From IMG/VR virus record IMGVR_UViG_3300043775_000620, positions 1 through 30,913 of that record: a DNA stretch of 30,913 nucleotides; one strand, 5' to 3'. Below the pieces are notes generated by a model. The model was given only the letters and a program-made list of their open reading frames with translations. It had not been told where the DNA came from and ran no database searches. The DNA is from a virus. The position numbers were made by a program, and so were the translations under genes. Every line of letters begins with the position of its first letter. The first letter of the stretch is position 1. This document shows, in pieces, positions 1 to 7,699 of this stretch.

Positions 1-127
1 TTAATCATAATATGCGACAAAGGAAATAATGTCCTTTTAGCTAAATCTACTTCAAAAATGTCACCCTCTGTAACTGTATTTACAAAAGGTTCATCAAGTA
101 ACGCTTCTTTTATTTTATTTATTAAAC
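1..127. repeat. Terminal direct repeat copy 1, identical to 30787..30913 (circular-assembly overlap or terminal redundancy)
   Basis: Base-by-base comparison: TTAATCATAATATGCGACAAAGG...TTATTTATTAAAC occurs at both window ends; length is exactly 127 nt. Confidence 0.95.
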
Positions 128-137
128 TATACACCAT
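1..137 (-). CDS. N-terminal part of the junction-spanning structural gene, continued at 30786..30498; about 141 aa in total; tail-completion/neck-like
   Basis: ATG at 137..135 (ATGGTGTATAG overlaps the TAG of the -1 ORF 127..381). The frame stays open through position 1 and, via the duplicated end, runs in frame into ORF 30498..30806. Confidence 0.6.
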   Translation of the reverse strand, partial: MVYSLINKIKEALLDEPFVNTVTEGDIFEVDLAKRTLFPLSHIMI

Positions 138-381
138 TTCTTTTTAAATTTTTTATTTCTATTTCTGTTTTTTCTTTTTCAAAACTTAACCACATCATTA
201 ATTGAGTGATGGGAAGTTTTGTAACGGCATCAAATTTGAGTACATCTCCTTGAGCTGCTGCATAGAGTGATTGATACCAACCCCATTTTTTTCCAAAAGC
301 TTGCTCGCTTGTTCCGATTGTTCCACTTCGCTCTGTATAAAGTCCGTCAAACCGTTCACGCAGTCGTTGAGCAAAGTCCAA
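127..381 (-). CDS. Alternative (-1 frame) C-terminal coding segment of gene 198..872, or the true C-terminus if the homopolymer length is miscalled
   Basis: Its 84-aa frame begins right at the T9 run, overlaps 198..872 by 184 nt, is actually open from 432, and its stop overlaps the next gene's ATG. Confidence 0.4.
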   Translation of the reverse strand: MDFAQRLRERFDGLYTERSGTIGTSEQAFGKKWGWYQSLYAAAQGDVLKFDAVTKLPITQLMMWLSFEKEKTEIEIKNLKRNGV

Positions 382-872
382 AAAAAAAGCATAGAACCAA
401 GTGCAATATCTAAAGGCATATACTTTAAAACTTCAGCCATATCTTGCGAATCTTTACTATATTCTTCAATAGTATACAAAGACTTTGTTTTGTTTTTAAT
501 CGGTCTATAAAGCACTGCCATAGCTTTATGAAGTGTTTGCGTGTCGCTTAAATAACTTTCTAAATCGATATACTCCCCAGAAGTAATATCTTCTAACTTC
601 GGTATAAACCCAAACTCATAAACTCCTAATTTAAACGTATTAGTTAGTTTAGGCTTTTGTTGTAATAGGTTATTTATATGCGTTAATATTTCGCTTACTT
701 CTGCTATTCTAATTCTTGCAACATCTTTTAATTCTATGTTACAAAATATTTCAATTGTTTTTTGATTAACAAAATCGCTCGGCTCGTTATTTGAAATTAA
801 CTTCTCAAATCTTTGATATTGATAAAGAGTAATTTCGTTTAGTGTTTCAGGTATGGTAATATTTATTTTCAT
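198..872 (-). CDS. Hypothetical structural-module protein (224 aa in the zero frame); possible assembly-chaperone-like gene with frameshift
   Basis: Long ORF preceded by the conserved TTGTTTTTAAATAAA upstream motif; contains an internal T9 slippery run. I recognised no family signature. Confidence 0.7.
   Translation of the reverse strand: MKINITIPETLNEITLYQYQRFEKLISNNEPSDFVNQKTIEIFCNIELKDVARIRIAEVSEILTHINNLLQQKPKLTNTFKLGVYEFGFIPKLEDITSGEYIDLESYLSDTQTLHKAMAVLYRPIKNKTKSLYTIEEYSKDSQDMAEVLKYMPLDIALGSMLFFWTLLNDCVNGLTDFIQSEVEQSEQASKLLEKNGVGINHSMQQLKEMYSNLMPLQNFPSLN
380..388 (-). other. A9 (plus) / T9 (coding strand) homopolymer: candidate -1 ribosomal frameshift or transcriptional slippage site, or an indel-error hotspot
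   Basis: The coding strand reads CTT TTT TTT TGG; the U UUU UUU heptamer lies in the zero frame, and the -1 frame is open on both sides of it. Confidence 0.45.
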
Positions 873-877
873 ATTCT

Positions 878-912
878 TTTATTTAAAAACAAGGTTTTAG
901 GTTTTTTGTATA
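878..912 (-). promoter_or_regulatory. Conserved bipartite upstream motif, copy 1 (TATACAAAAAA-N9-TTGTTTTTAAATAAA); candidate phage late promoter
   Basis: The 15-mer TTGTTTTTAAATAAA (minus strand, 892..878) lies 5 nt before ATG 872. The same 15-mer occurs at three other gene starts. This copy sits just downstream of terminator 917..940. Confidence 0.5.
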
Positions 913-916
913 AAGT

Positions 917-940
917 AAAAAAGCAATCCGTTAAGATTGC
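917..940 (-). terminator. Rho-independent terminator after terL and a small ORF
   Basis: Minus strand GCAATC(T)-TAAC-(G)GATTGC followed by TTTTTT. Confidence 0.65.
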
Positions 941-1089
941 CCTGTTGCTGTTTGGTATGCTTGAACTAATTTTTTAATTTCGCCCACGTTTCTCGGTAAG
1001 TTTATTTTAATTTGTCTACCTGTTTTTTTGAGTATGTATATTTCAACTACTGCTATCATTTGTCCGTATGTAGGTTGATTAGTAGACAT
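931..1089 (-). CDS. Small hypothetical protein (52 aa), below the ORF-track cutoff
   Basis: Hand translation gives MSTNQPTYGQMIAVVEIYILKKTGRQIKINLPRNVGEIKKLVQAYQTATGQS. Its ATG overlaps the terL stop (TATGTCTACTAA), and its own stop lies in the terminator loop. Confidence 0.35.
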   Translation of the reverse strand: MSTNQPTYGQMIAVVEIYILKKTGRQIKINLPRNVGEIKKLVQAYQTATGQS

Positions 1090-2284
1090 AGTAATTACCT
1101 TTATTTGGATTGTCTAAATGATACGTTACATTATATCGTATTGCATCAATAGCATGGTTAAATGAATCGATATATAATTTACTTCCTTTGTTTAAGTATG
1201 CATAGTTATTAAATTCCTTTGCTATGTTGCTACTGCTTTCATCTACTATAATATCAAAGTCCAACATCATAGTAACACCGCTTTCAATAGTTCCTTTTTT
1301 AATTGGTTCAATATTTAAACCCTTGTGCCTTAAATCAACTATCAATCTATCTTCTGCGGAATCAGCTATAATAAGTTTGTTTGTTGCTACGTTTGAACAG
1401 ATAACTGCGAGTTGTTCCATTCGTAAACCATTCTGATATAAATGTTCTTTAACGTAAATCTTTTTATGGTCTTTGTCTATTGCTACTTCAATAAGTGTAT
1501 CAGGATCAATGCTAAAACCAAAGTCTAAACCAAATGAAGTTTGTAAATCATTTGGATTGAATTTTCCAAAACTCCAATTAGTGAATACAACTCCCTCTGC
1601 TTTTTCTAACCAACCGCCTAAAATTTGATGATTATATTTTTGCGGTCGCCTTACTTTCATATCTTCTATTTGAAGTATAAAAGATTCAGAAAGGTTTTCG
1701 TAGTTATCCAAGTAAGTAGTGTGAATGTAAGTAGTATCTTTTTTAATTATATTACTTCCATCTTTTACGCCTTTAGATTCAAAAAAACGTTTATAAATAA
1801 AATGCTCTTTTGTTGCAGGATTTAAAACTAAAATAACTCTATTTTGAATACCTTTTGCACGAATAGAAAAGTCTATTTTATCAAAAGTATCTTCATCAGT
1901 TAGCTCTTCGGCTTCATCTAATACCCAAGTAGTAACTCCAGCTAATGATTTTAAGTTTGCTGTTTGCGTTCCGCTACTTGTTTTAATACCTTTAAATAAG
2001 ATTTTAGAGCCTGTAATCTTATTTACAATTTCATCTTTAGTAATATAAAAATCGTGGCTTAAATCAGCCGTTTCAATCTTGTCAATAAATTCAGGAATAA
2101 TAGAAATGTGTGCGGAAGTTAGTGTATAACGTGTAAATAAAATAACGTGTCCTACTTCATAAGTAAGAAGTAATAAAAACGAATTAAGGGAGTAAGATTT
2201 CCCTGAACCCCTACCCCCTGTAATTACAAAGTATCTACTATCACTTCCTAATAAATTATATTTTTCATTAAGATTTATTTCCAA
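1079..2284 (-). CDS. terL: Terminase large subunit (PBSX/XtmB-like)
   Basis: Walker A in RYFVITGGRGSGKSYS, Walker B-like TTWVLDEAEE, and a C-terminal nuclease-like region. The 401-aa size and its position after a TerS-like ORF also fit. Confidence 0.9.
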   Translation of the reverse strand: MEINLNEKYNLLGSDSRYFVITGGRGSGKSYSLNSFLLLLTYEVGHVILFTRYTLTSAHISIIPEFIDKIETADLSHDFYITKDEIVNKITGSKILFKGIKTSSGTQTANLKSLAGVTTWVLDEAEELTDEDTFDKIDFSIRAKGIQNRVILVLNPATKEHFIYKRFFESKGVKDGSNIIKKDTTYIHTTYLDNYENLSESFILQIEDMKVRRPQKYNHQILGGWLEKAEGVVFTNWSFGKFNPNDLQTSFGLDFGFSIDPDTLIEVAIDKDHKKIYVKEHLYQNGLRMEQLAVICSNVATNKLIIADSAEDRLIVDLRHKGLNIEPIKKGTIESGVTMMLDFDIIVDESSSNIAKEFNNYAYLNKGSKLYIDSFNHAIDAIRYNVTYHLDNPNKGNYYVY

Positions 2285-2555
2285 TTTTAAATATATCTTT
2301 TATATTGAAATCGTTTAAATTGTGAGTTGTTTCAATTGTTTCTTTTGGTTTTCCACAACCGTATTCAATTAATAGTTTAGCTGCTGCAATTCTATCACGT
2401 GAATTTTCATCGCTATTAATCATAATAGAAGCTAATACTGCAAATGAATTTTCTACGTGTGGACTTGCTAAATCAACACCTTTCAATTCATTCTTTACTG
2501 ATGGTCTACCACCTTTATTACCAATAGTGCCTTTATTCTCTTTTCTCTTATCCAT
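2268..2555 (-). CDS. Putative terminase small subunit
   Basis: 95 aa with a basic N-terminus (GNKGGRPS) and an RIAAAKLLIEYGCGKP motif common in small terminase-like proteins. It overlaps the terL start by 17 nt. Confidence 0.5.
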   Translation of the reverse strand: MDKRKENKGTIGNKGGRPSVKNELKGVDLASPHVENSFAVLASIMINSDENSRDRIAAAKLLIEYGCGKPKETIETTHNLNDFNIKDIFKIGNKS

Positions 2556-2571
2556 AATCAGTATAAATTAG

Positions 2572-2943
2572 TTAACTGATTTGCACTTCGTAAACTCTTT
2601 CAATTTCTCTAATCATATCTCGCCAACAAGAACCGCAAGAAGTTGTCTTAAAATCAATGCTAAACACTTCCTTATAAATAATTTTTAAACGTTCCTGTAC
2701 TTTAATTGTAAGTTGTTCAGGTTTGTTTGGTAAAAATTCAGTTAACCAAGTAACGTTATCTTCTGAAATGCAATTTGGTTGTCTGTAACTCCAAAGTTTA
2801 TTAAGTGCGTCTTTACGTTCTTCGCAACCGCAGTCAATCCCTGTTACTTCAGAAATTTTATCTACAACTGCTTTTATACCTGTTGCAGTTGTGATTTGTT
2901 CTATTGTATCGCCTAATCCTTTTGGCTTTCTTCCTCTTGCCAT
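2572..2943 (-). CDS. Hypothetical Cys-containing protein (123 aa)
   Basis: Intact ORF with GRKPKGLGDTIEQITTATGIK at the N-terminus and CGC...CGSC cysteine pairs. Function not recognised. Confidence 0.65.
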   Translation of the reverse strand: MARGRKPKGLGDTIEQITTATGIKAVVDKISEVTGIDCGCEERKDALNKLWSYRQPNCISEDNVTWLTEFLPNKPEQLTIKVQERLKIIYKEVFSIDFKTTSCGSCWRDMIREIERVYEVQIS

Positions 2944-2948
2944 ATTTT

Positions 2949-3491
2949 TTATTTTAAATTATTATAATCTTCTTGGAATAACTCCCTTAATTTTTTCTTG
3001 TGTGCTTTTAGCGAGTGGAATATACTTACAAAACTTATTCCTGTTTCTTTTGCTAATTTACGCATTGATATATCGTTATCCCTATAAATTGTAAATAGCT
3101 TTTTATCGTACATGTCCCAACTGTTTACTTCCGCTTCGCATTTGGTTCTAAATTTATACCATTCAATTTCATAATCTTCATCAAAGTTATCTTCTATTGG
3201 TATATCAATTTGTTGTTCTGTTACAAACATATTAGTTTTATCAGTAACATATATTTTTTTATTTAAAGATTCCTCATTGTATTTATTATAAAATTGCGAC
3301 AAATATACTGAACGAATAACAATAAATAAATAACCTTTGTTTAGTTTACCATTTGTAAAGCATTTTTCTTCGCTTGAATATTGATGTAATTTTAAATATG
3401 TTTCTGAAACTATATCTTCATAGTAAGAGCCATCAAATATCTTTGCATATTCGAGAAGCTGATTATGATGTTGATATAATTTCTCTAACAT
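2949..3491 (-). CDS. Phage-encoded sigma-70 family (ECF-like) sigma factor
   Basis: Region-2-like YEDIVSETYLKLHQY and a region-4-like HTH (ISMRKLAKETGISFVSIFHSLKAHKKKLRELF). 180 aa. Confidence 0.6.
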   Translation of the reverse strand: MLEKLYQHHNQLLEYAKIFDGSYYEDIVSETYLKLHQYSSEEKCFTNGKLNKGYLFIVIRSVYLSQFYNKYNEESLNKKIYVTDKTNMFVTEQQIDIPIEDNFDEDYEIEWYKFRTKCEAEVNSWDMYDKKLFTIYRDNDISMRKLAKETGISFVSIFHSLKAHKKKLRELFQEDYNNLK

Positions 3492-3567
3492 TTTTTAAAA
3501 TAAATCAGGAATAGCCAAACCTGAATTAATATAATTTTATCGTAAATAAGAACGTTGCTATTTTTTA

Positions 3568-3575
3568 CAAATGTA
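3568..3575 (-). promoter_or_regulatory. Bacteroidota-type -7 box (TACATTTG) upstream of the sigma factor gene
   Basis: Matches TAnnTTTG on the minus strand in the 103-nt intergenic gap; TTTG elements lie 15 to 22 nt upstream. Confidence 0.4.
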
Positions 3576-3594
3576 TACAAAAAATAAATACAAA

Positions 3595-3852
3595 TTACAA
3601 ATTTATTTTTTCAAAACTAACAAAATTATCAAAATAATCAATTTCGATGTTAAAACCTTCTTGTAAATGTGATTTATCTGTGTATCTATATTCTAAAACC
3701 CAATGCCAATGCTCTGATTTATCAATCCGTTTTGATGGTTTTCGAGTTTCTTTTACTACTCCGATAAGTCTAAATGGTCTTTGACTTGGTGCGGTTTGAT
3801 TTCTTAAATCTGTGTATATCTTTGAACCCTTAACAATATAAAATAATTTCAT
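3595..3852 (-). CDS. Hypothetical protein (85 aa)
   Basis: Intact ORF whose start overlaps the upstream gene's stop by 4 nt (ATGA-type coupling). Confidence 0.6.
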   Translation of the reverse strand: MKLFYIVKGSKIYTDLRNQTAPSQRPFRLIGVVKETRKPSKRIDKSEHWHWVLEYRYTDKSHLQEGFNIEIDYFDNFVSFEKINL

Positions 3853-4382
3853 TTTAATTCTTTTATTTTTTGTTTATAGATTGCAATAAGTTCTTTTACT
3901 TCATCTACGCTTAATTTAAGAGGTTTGTGTCGTATTTCTAATAGTTCGCTATATTCTTTATCACTTATAACATTTTGAAGTCTTAAATCGTATTCTTTTA
4001 CGTTTCCGTGTTTATGTAGGTTACATTCTACGCATTGACCATGTACGTTATTTTCATTAAATCGTAAGTTAGGATATGCTCCAACAGAAAAGAAATGCCC
4101 AGCGTGAAAAGTTTTACCTAAATTTTTACCACAAGAAATACAAGGTTTAAGTTTGTCTCTTTGGCGTATGTAAGTGTTAAAAACTTTCTGCAAGATATTT
4201 AAGTAATCAGATTTACTCATTAATTTTATTTTGATTTCTTTTTTTTCTTGCTTCCAATTTTTAGCGTTTTGCTTTTTCATATACTCAACTGCACAAGATG
4301 GACTACAAACTATTTGAGTGCTGTTTTTAGGTGTAAACTTATCTTTACAAACTAAACATTTCCTTTCGTATATTTTAAGCAT
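3849..4382 (-). CDS. ninG: NinG/Rap-family recombination endonuclease
   Basis: N-terminal CxxC...C...C and a C-terminal CISCGK...HAGHFFSVGAYPNLRFNENNVHGQCVECNLHKHGN signature typical of lambda NinG-like proteins. Confidence 0.8.
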   Translation of the reverse strand: MLKIYERKCLVCKDKFTPKNSTQIVCSPSCAVEYMKKQNAKNWKQEKKEIKIKLMSKSDYLNILQKVFNTYIRQRDKLKPCISCGKNLGKTFHAGHFFSVGAYPNLRFNENNVHGQCVECNLHKHGNVKEYDLRLQNVISDKEYSELLEIRHKPLKLSVDEVKELIAIYKQKIKELK

Positions 4383-4719
4383 TTCTTTTTTCTGATTTTA
4401 AAAATGATATGTTTGTACGAATTGCATCGGAGCATCTATAACCTGAATCCATTATCCTACGCAATAAATATAACTCACTTACTTCTACTTCTGCAAAATT
4501 TACAGCCCTTGCTACTGTCATTTTCTTATCAGTTGTAAGTTCAAATATACGATTTTCGTATTGCTTTTTAAAACTTGCCCTTTCTTTTTCTAAATAAAAT
4601 AAAGTTACGTTTATTTTTTGCAATAGTTCGTTTAGACTTTCGCCATCGTTTAGGCTTGTATCTTCATACGCTTGTATATACATTGCAAGGTTTTCTAATT
4701 CTTTTTCAAAGTTTCTCAT
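4375..4719 (-). CDS. Hypothetical helical protein (114 aa)
   Basis: Intact ORF that overlaps both neighbours by a few nt. Confidence 0.6.
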   Translation of the reverse strand: MRNFEKELENLAMYIQAYEDTSLNDGESLNELLQKINVTLFYLEKERASFKKQYENRIFELTTDKKMTVARAVNFAEVEVSELYLLRRIMDSGYRCSDAIRTNISFLKSEKRNA

Positions 4720-5552
4720 ATAAAATCTATTATTTGTTTAGGTAACCAATCGTGATTATCAACTTGAAAAGTTATATTTTCAAAAGATTGATTTCTTGAA
4801 TATTCGCATTTCGCAATAGTTCTTTCTTCATCTTTTTCAATAAATACAACTGTTTCTGCTTTCTTTAAAACTGAACTACCTACGTGACCTACTGGCTTTG
4901 CAGTACCGAAGTTCTTATGTAGTATTCCTGTGCAGTGCATTTTACCTTTCGCAGTCCATTGTAATAGTTTTTCAGTAAGTCCTGTTGATTGTTCTAAACT
5001 ATTAAAATCAGTTACTAAATCAACATAACCATCTATTGACATTAAACCTATTTTATTTTTAAAATCGCTTTCAAATACAATCCAATCTATAAAATCAAAT
5101 CTTTCTTTTGGACTATAAGCACGCAAACTAAAAGTTTTATAAAGTTCATAATTAGCACCCACCAATTCTAAAACACGTCTTTGTACTCTTTGAGTATGAT
5201 ATTGTGATTGTTCAGTATCAAATGAAATTACAAACTTGTCTGTTGAGTCGTGTCCTTGAATACTTGGATTATAAATATTTGATTTTCCACCAATGTAACC
5301 AGCTTCAATCATTGATTTAAAGAAAGTCTTTTTTGATTTTGAAGCACCTACAATACAACTAAAGTCACCATAAGAACCAAAAGGAATAGGATATTCTACG
5401 CCTTTATAATTTGAACTACCTATACTAATTGCTATTGGTTGCGGTTTAAGTTCTTCGCTTGGGTCTATTAATGAGTTATTAAGCATTTCTTTAAAGTCAA
5501 TACTTAAAGGTTCATTAATGTTTTTTTCTAATTCGTCAAAGTTTAAATTCAT
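4716..5552 (-). CDS. RecA/DnaB-like P-loop ATPase (putative replicative helicase or helicase loader)
   Basis: Walker A GASKSKKT, catalytic-Glu motif FDTEQS, Walker B LMSIDGY, then HKN and GHVGSS motifs as in DnaB C-terminal/AAA_25-type ATPases. Confidence 0.6.
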   Translation of the reverse strand: MNLNFDELEKNINEPLSIDFKEMLNNSLIDPSEELKPQPIAISIGSSNYKGVEYPIPFGSYGDFSCIVGASKSKKTFFKSMIEAGYIGGKSNIYNPSIQGHDSTDKFVISFDTEQSQYHTQRVQRRVLELVGANYELYKTFSLRAYSPKERFDFIDWIVFESDFKNKIGLMSIDGYVDLVTDFNSLEQSTGLTEKLLQWTAKGKMHCTGILHKNFGTAKPVGHVGSSVLKKAETVVFIEKDEERTIAKCEYSRNQSFENITFQVDNHDWLPKQIIDFI

Positions 5553-5554
5553 AA

Positions 5555-5983
5555 TTAAGAATAGTTTTCAATTTCTTTTAGTAAATCATTTGCCGAGTTG
5601 TAAAATGATTTTTCTACTACTTCTTTACTCCAAGGCTTGTTTAATTTTTCTAAAACCTGTTCAGGTGTTTCTTGCTTTTGCAATTCAATTAAATTTAAGT
5701 CGTAGGTTAATAATTCAATTTGTCTATCTAACGAAATATTTAACTGAAACTTTAATTCTTTTATTGCAAATTTAATGTCTTTGTAATGGTGTACATTTTG
5801 GCGTAAAAATACACAAAGTAATTTAGCATATAACAAATTATCTTTAGTTAATTGTTTTGATGATTCATTTATAAACTCATCAAGATTTTTTAAAGCATCT
5901 ATATCTTCTTTGTAAATCCTTTCTTTATTACGTTTAAAAGCATTGAATATCTTTGTTACGTTTCTTTTTAATTCCCAACTCAT
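5555..5983 (-). CDS. Hypothetical protein (142 aa)
   Basis: Intact ORF within the replication operon, tightly packed against its neighbours. Confidence 0.6.
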   Translation of the reverse strand: MSWELKRNVTKIFNAFKRNKERIYKEDIDALKNLDEFINESSKQLTKDNLLYAKLLCVFLRQNVHHYKDIKFAIKELKFQLNISLDRQIELLTYDLNLIELQKQETPEQVLEKLNKPWSKEVVEKSFYNSANDLLKEIENYS

Positions 5984-6648
5984 AATCTGTCTTGTTTAAT
6001 TTCTTTTTTAACATCAAAATCCTTTTGTCTTTTACTCCAAGTTTTTAATCTTCTATCAACATCAAATGTTTTTTCCATTTCATAACGCATTTTAGTTTTT
6101 GAGTGATTAGGTTCAGTCCAATAATCATAAAATGATTTTAACATATCTATTGAATAATTTTGTTTAAAGGGAACTAATTCAGATTTAAAAGCGAGAGAGC
6201 GAGTTTCTAAACTCGGTTTACTTTCTATCTTATTATATTCTTTTATCTTATCTTCTCTTATGGCTTTTAATTCGCTTTGAATTTGGTTTTGATTGGGTTT
6301 AATTTCGCTTTCAATTGGGTTTTTTTTCGGTCTGCCACCTTTACTGCCATTAGAAGAATTAGTTTTACTTTTAATTTCAACTTCATTAAGTTGATTATCT
6401 AAAAATTTAATAATTAAATCTTCTCCATTATCTTTTAAATCAATAATTCCTTCATCTATTAATTCATCAAATTCATCAAAATGATTTAATCTTTTAAATA
6501 ATTGTGATTTAGTTAATTTACATTGTCTTTGCCAATAGTAAGAGCAAATATTAATAAATAGACCTTGTGCCGATAATGAACAAAAAGAAATATCTTTAGT
6601 TAAATATTCAGCTGGTTCAAATTTGAAGTATGGTAATTCCTTTGCCAT
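5980..6648 (-). CDS. Putative replication initiation protein (DUF1376/DUF4373-like N-domain)
   Basis: PYFKFEPAEYLTKDISFCSLSAQGLFINICSYYWQR resembles N-domains of phage DnaD-like/replication proteins, followed by a basic GGRPKKNP linker. I moved the start to ATG 6648 (MAKELPYF); the track's extra 9 codons begin at a TTG. Confidence 0.55.
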   Translation of the reverse strand: MAKELPYFKFEPAEYLTKDISFCSLSAQGLFINICSYYWQRQCKLTKSQLFKRLNHFDEFDELIDEGIIDLKDNGEDLIIKFLDNQLNEVEIKSKTNSSNGSKGGRPKKNPIESEIKPNQNQIQSELKAIREDKIKEYNKIESKPSLETRSLAFKSELVPFKQNYSIDMLKSFYDYWTEPNHSKTKMRYEMEKTFDVDRRLKTWSKRQKDFDVKKEIKQDRL

Positions 6649-6681
6649 ATAAATATAAATAAAAATCGCCCACAATTTCAG

Positions 6682-6747
6682 TCAGGCAGGACTTACTTTT
6701 GTGAGCGTTTTAAAAAAAATTCTTTAATTTCTATCGAGCCTGCCTGA
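6682..6747. repeat. 9-bp GC-rich inverted repeat (TCAGGCAGG / CCTGCCTGA) separated by 48 nt
   Basis: Arms at 6682..6690 and 6739..6747, located between the -7 box at 6760..6767 and the replication-gene ATG at 6648. Confidence 0.8.
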
Positions 6748-6759
6748 ACAATAGATATG

Positions 6760-6767
6760 CAAATATA
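6760..6767 (-). promoter_or_regulatory. Bacteroidota-type -7 box (TATATTTG) for the replication operon
   Basis: Matches TAnnTTTG on the minus strand, just downstream of terminator 6782..6818. Confidence 0.45.
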
Positions 6768-6781
6768 ATAAAAAAATTCAA

Positions 6782-6818
6782 TACAAAAAACAAAATCCCT
6801 AAATTTCTTCAGGGATTT
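6782..6818 (-). terminator. Rho-independent terminator after the SSB-like gene
   Basis: Minus strand AAATCCCT-N10-AGGGATTT followed by TGTTTTTTGTAT. Confidence 0.65.
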
Positions 6819-6862
6819 CTAAATCAAATGTTGATACTAAAAGTTTTAACATCGGGTGTTCT

Positions 6863-7150
6863 CTAAAATGGTAAATCTGAAACATCAGGAATATCATTTG
6901 CTTGCACTGGTTCTTCTATTGCAGTTGATTCTTTAAGATTACCAAAGTAAAATTTATCTTCCTTTTGAGCGCCTTTAAAATTAGATTGAAACGAGGCACA
7001 GTTTCCGTATTTGTCTAATTCATCATTTACCCAAACTCTCACGTTTAAATAAATTTTTCCATTTTCGTTTTTAGTAAATGCTTTGTTTCCAGCCTTTGCC
7101 TGTTCTAATAGTTTTGTGAAGTCAATGCTTCCGTAGTAGCTCGTAGCCAT
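6863..7150 (-). CDS. Small ssDNA-binding-like protein with an SSB-type acidic C-terminal tip
   Basis: The C-terminus ...DIPDVSDLPF mimics the bacterial SSB tip (DDDIPF). The gene is adjacent to ERF and encodes 95 aa. Confidence 0.5.
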   Translation of the reverse strand: MATSYYGSIDFTKLLEQAKAGNKAFTKNENGKIYLNVRVWVNDELDKYGNCASFQSNFKGAQKEDKFYFGNLKESTAIEEPVQANDIPDVSDLPF

Positions 7151-7161
7151 AGTAAATAAAA

Positions 7162-7656
7162 TTAAAGATTAATAAATTCTTGTTGTTGTTGTGTTGTAAT
7201 TGTGTATTTAGATTTGATTTGTTCCAATGAAAAGCCACCTTGTTTTGCTTTAAGTAAAATTTCAGTTGTTGCATTTGGTTTGTTTTGAACTGCTTTTTGT
7301 CCGTCGTCGTCATCTGCACCCACGCAAACAAAAGATTGCAATGCGTAACGTCTTGCGTAGCTTATTCCGCTACCTTGTGCCTGTGCATCGTTTTGTTTAT
7401 TGTAGATAATTTCAGTAAGCGAGTCCATTAACTCGCCTGATTCATGAAGTAAAATAGTTTTTACAAAGTTTTTTCCTTCAACGTGAACAATAGGTTGTAA
7501 TACACTAATTCCGTTTTCGTTTAACGTAGGTATAACTGCCTCACGTATTGCGTTTAAATCAGCGTATTTTGATTTAAAGAATGGATTTGTAGCACCTTTT
7601 TTAGGGTTGCTCATTTCAGATTGTGCCTTAAGTAAGGCAGTTGCAATTTGTTTCAT
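7162..7656 (-). CDS. erf: ERF-family single-strand annealing protein
   Basis: ALLKAQSEM...NPFFKSKYADL and SYARRYALQ motifs typical of the ERF/P22 Erf family, followed by an acidic DDDDG tract. Confidence 0.8.
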   Translation of the reverse strand: MKQIATALLKAQSEMSNPKKGATNPFFKSKYADLNAIREAVIPTLNENGISVLQPIVHVEGKNFVKTILLHESGELMDSLTEIIYNKQNDAQAQGSGISYARRYALQSFVCVGADDDDGQKAVQNKPNATTEILLKAKQGGFSLEQIKSKYTITTQQQQEFINL

Positions 7657-7699
7657 AAAGATAAGATATTTAATTAATTAAGATTTTCAAATATAAGAA

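Noticed and set aside
1-127. Terminal repeat read as a biological direct terminal repeat or cos region.
   Set aside because: A length of exactly 127 nt, with a gene reading seamlessly through the junction, fits an assembler k-mer overlap of a circular or circularly permuted genome better. It cannot be excluded without read data.
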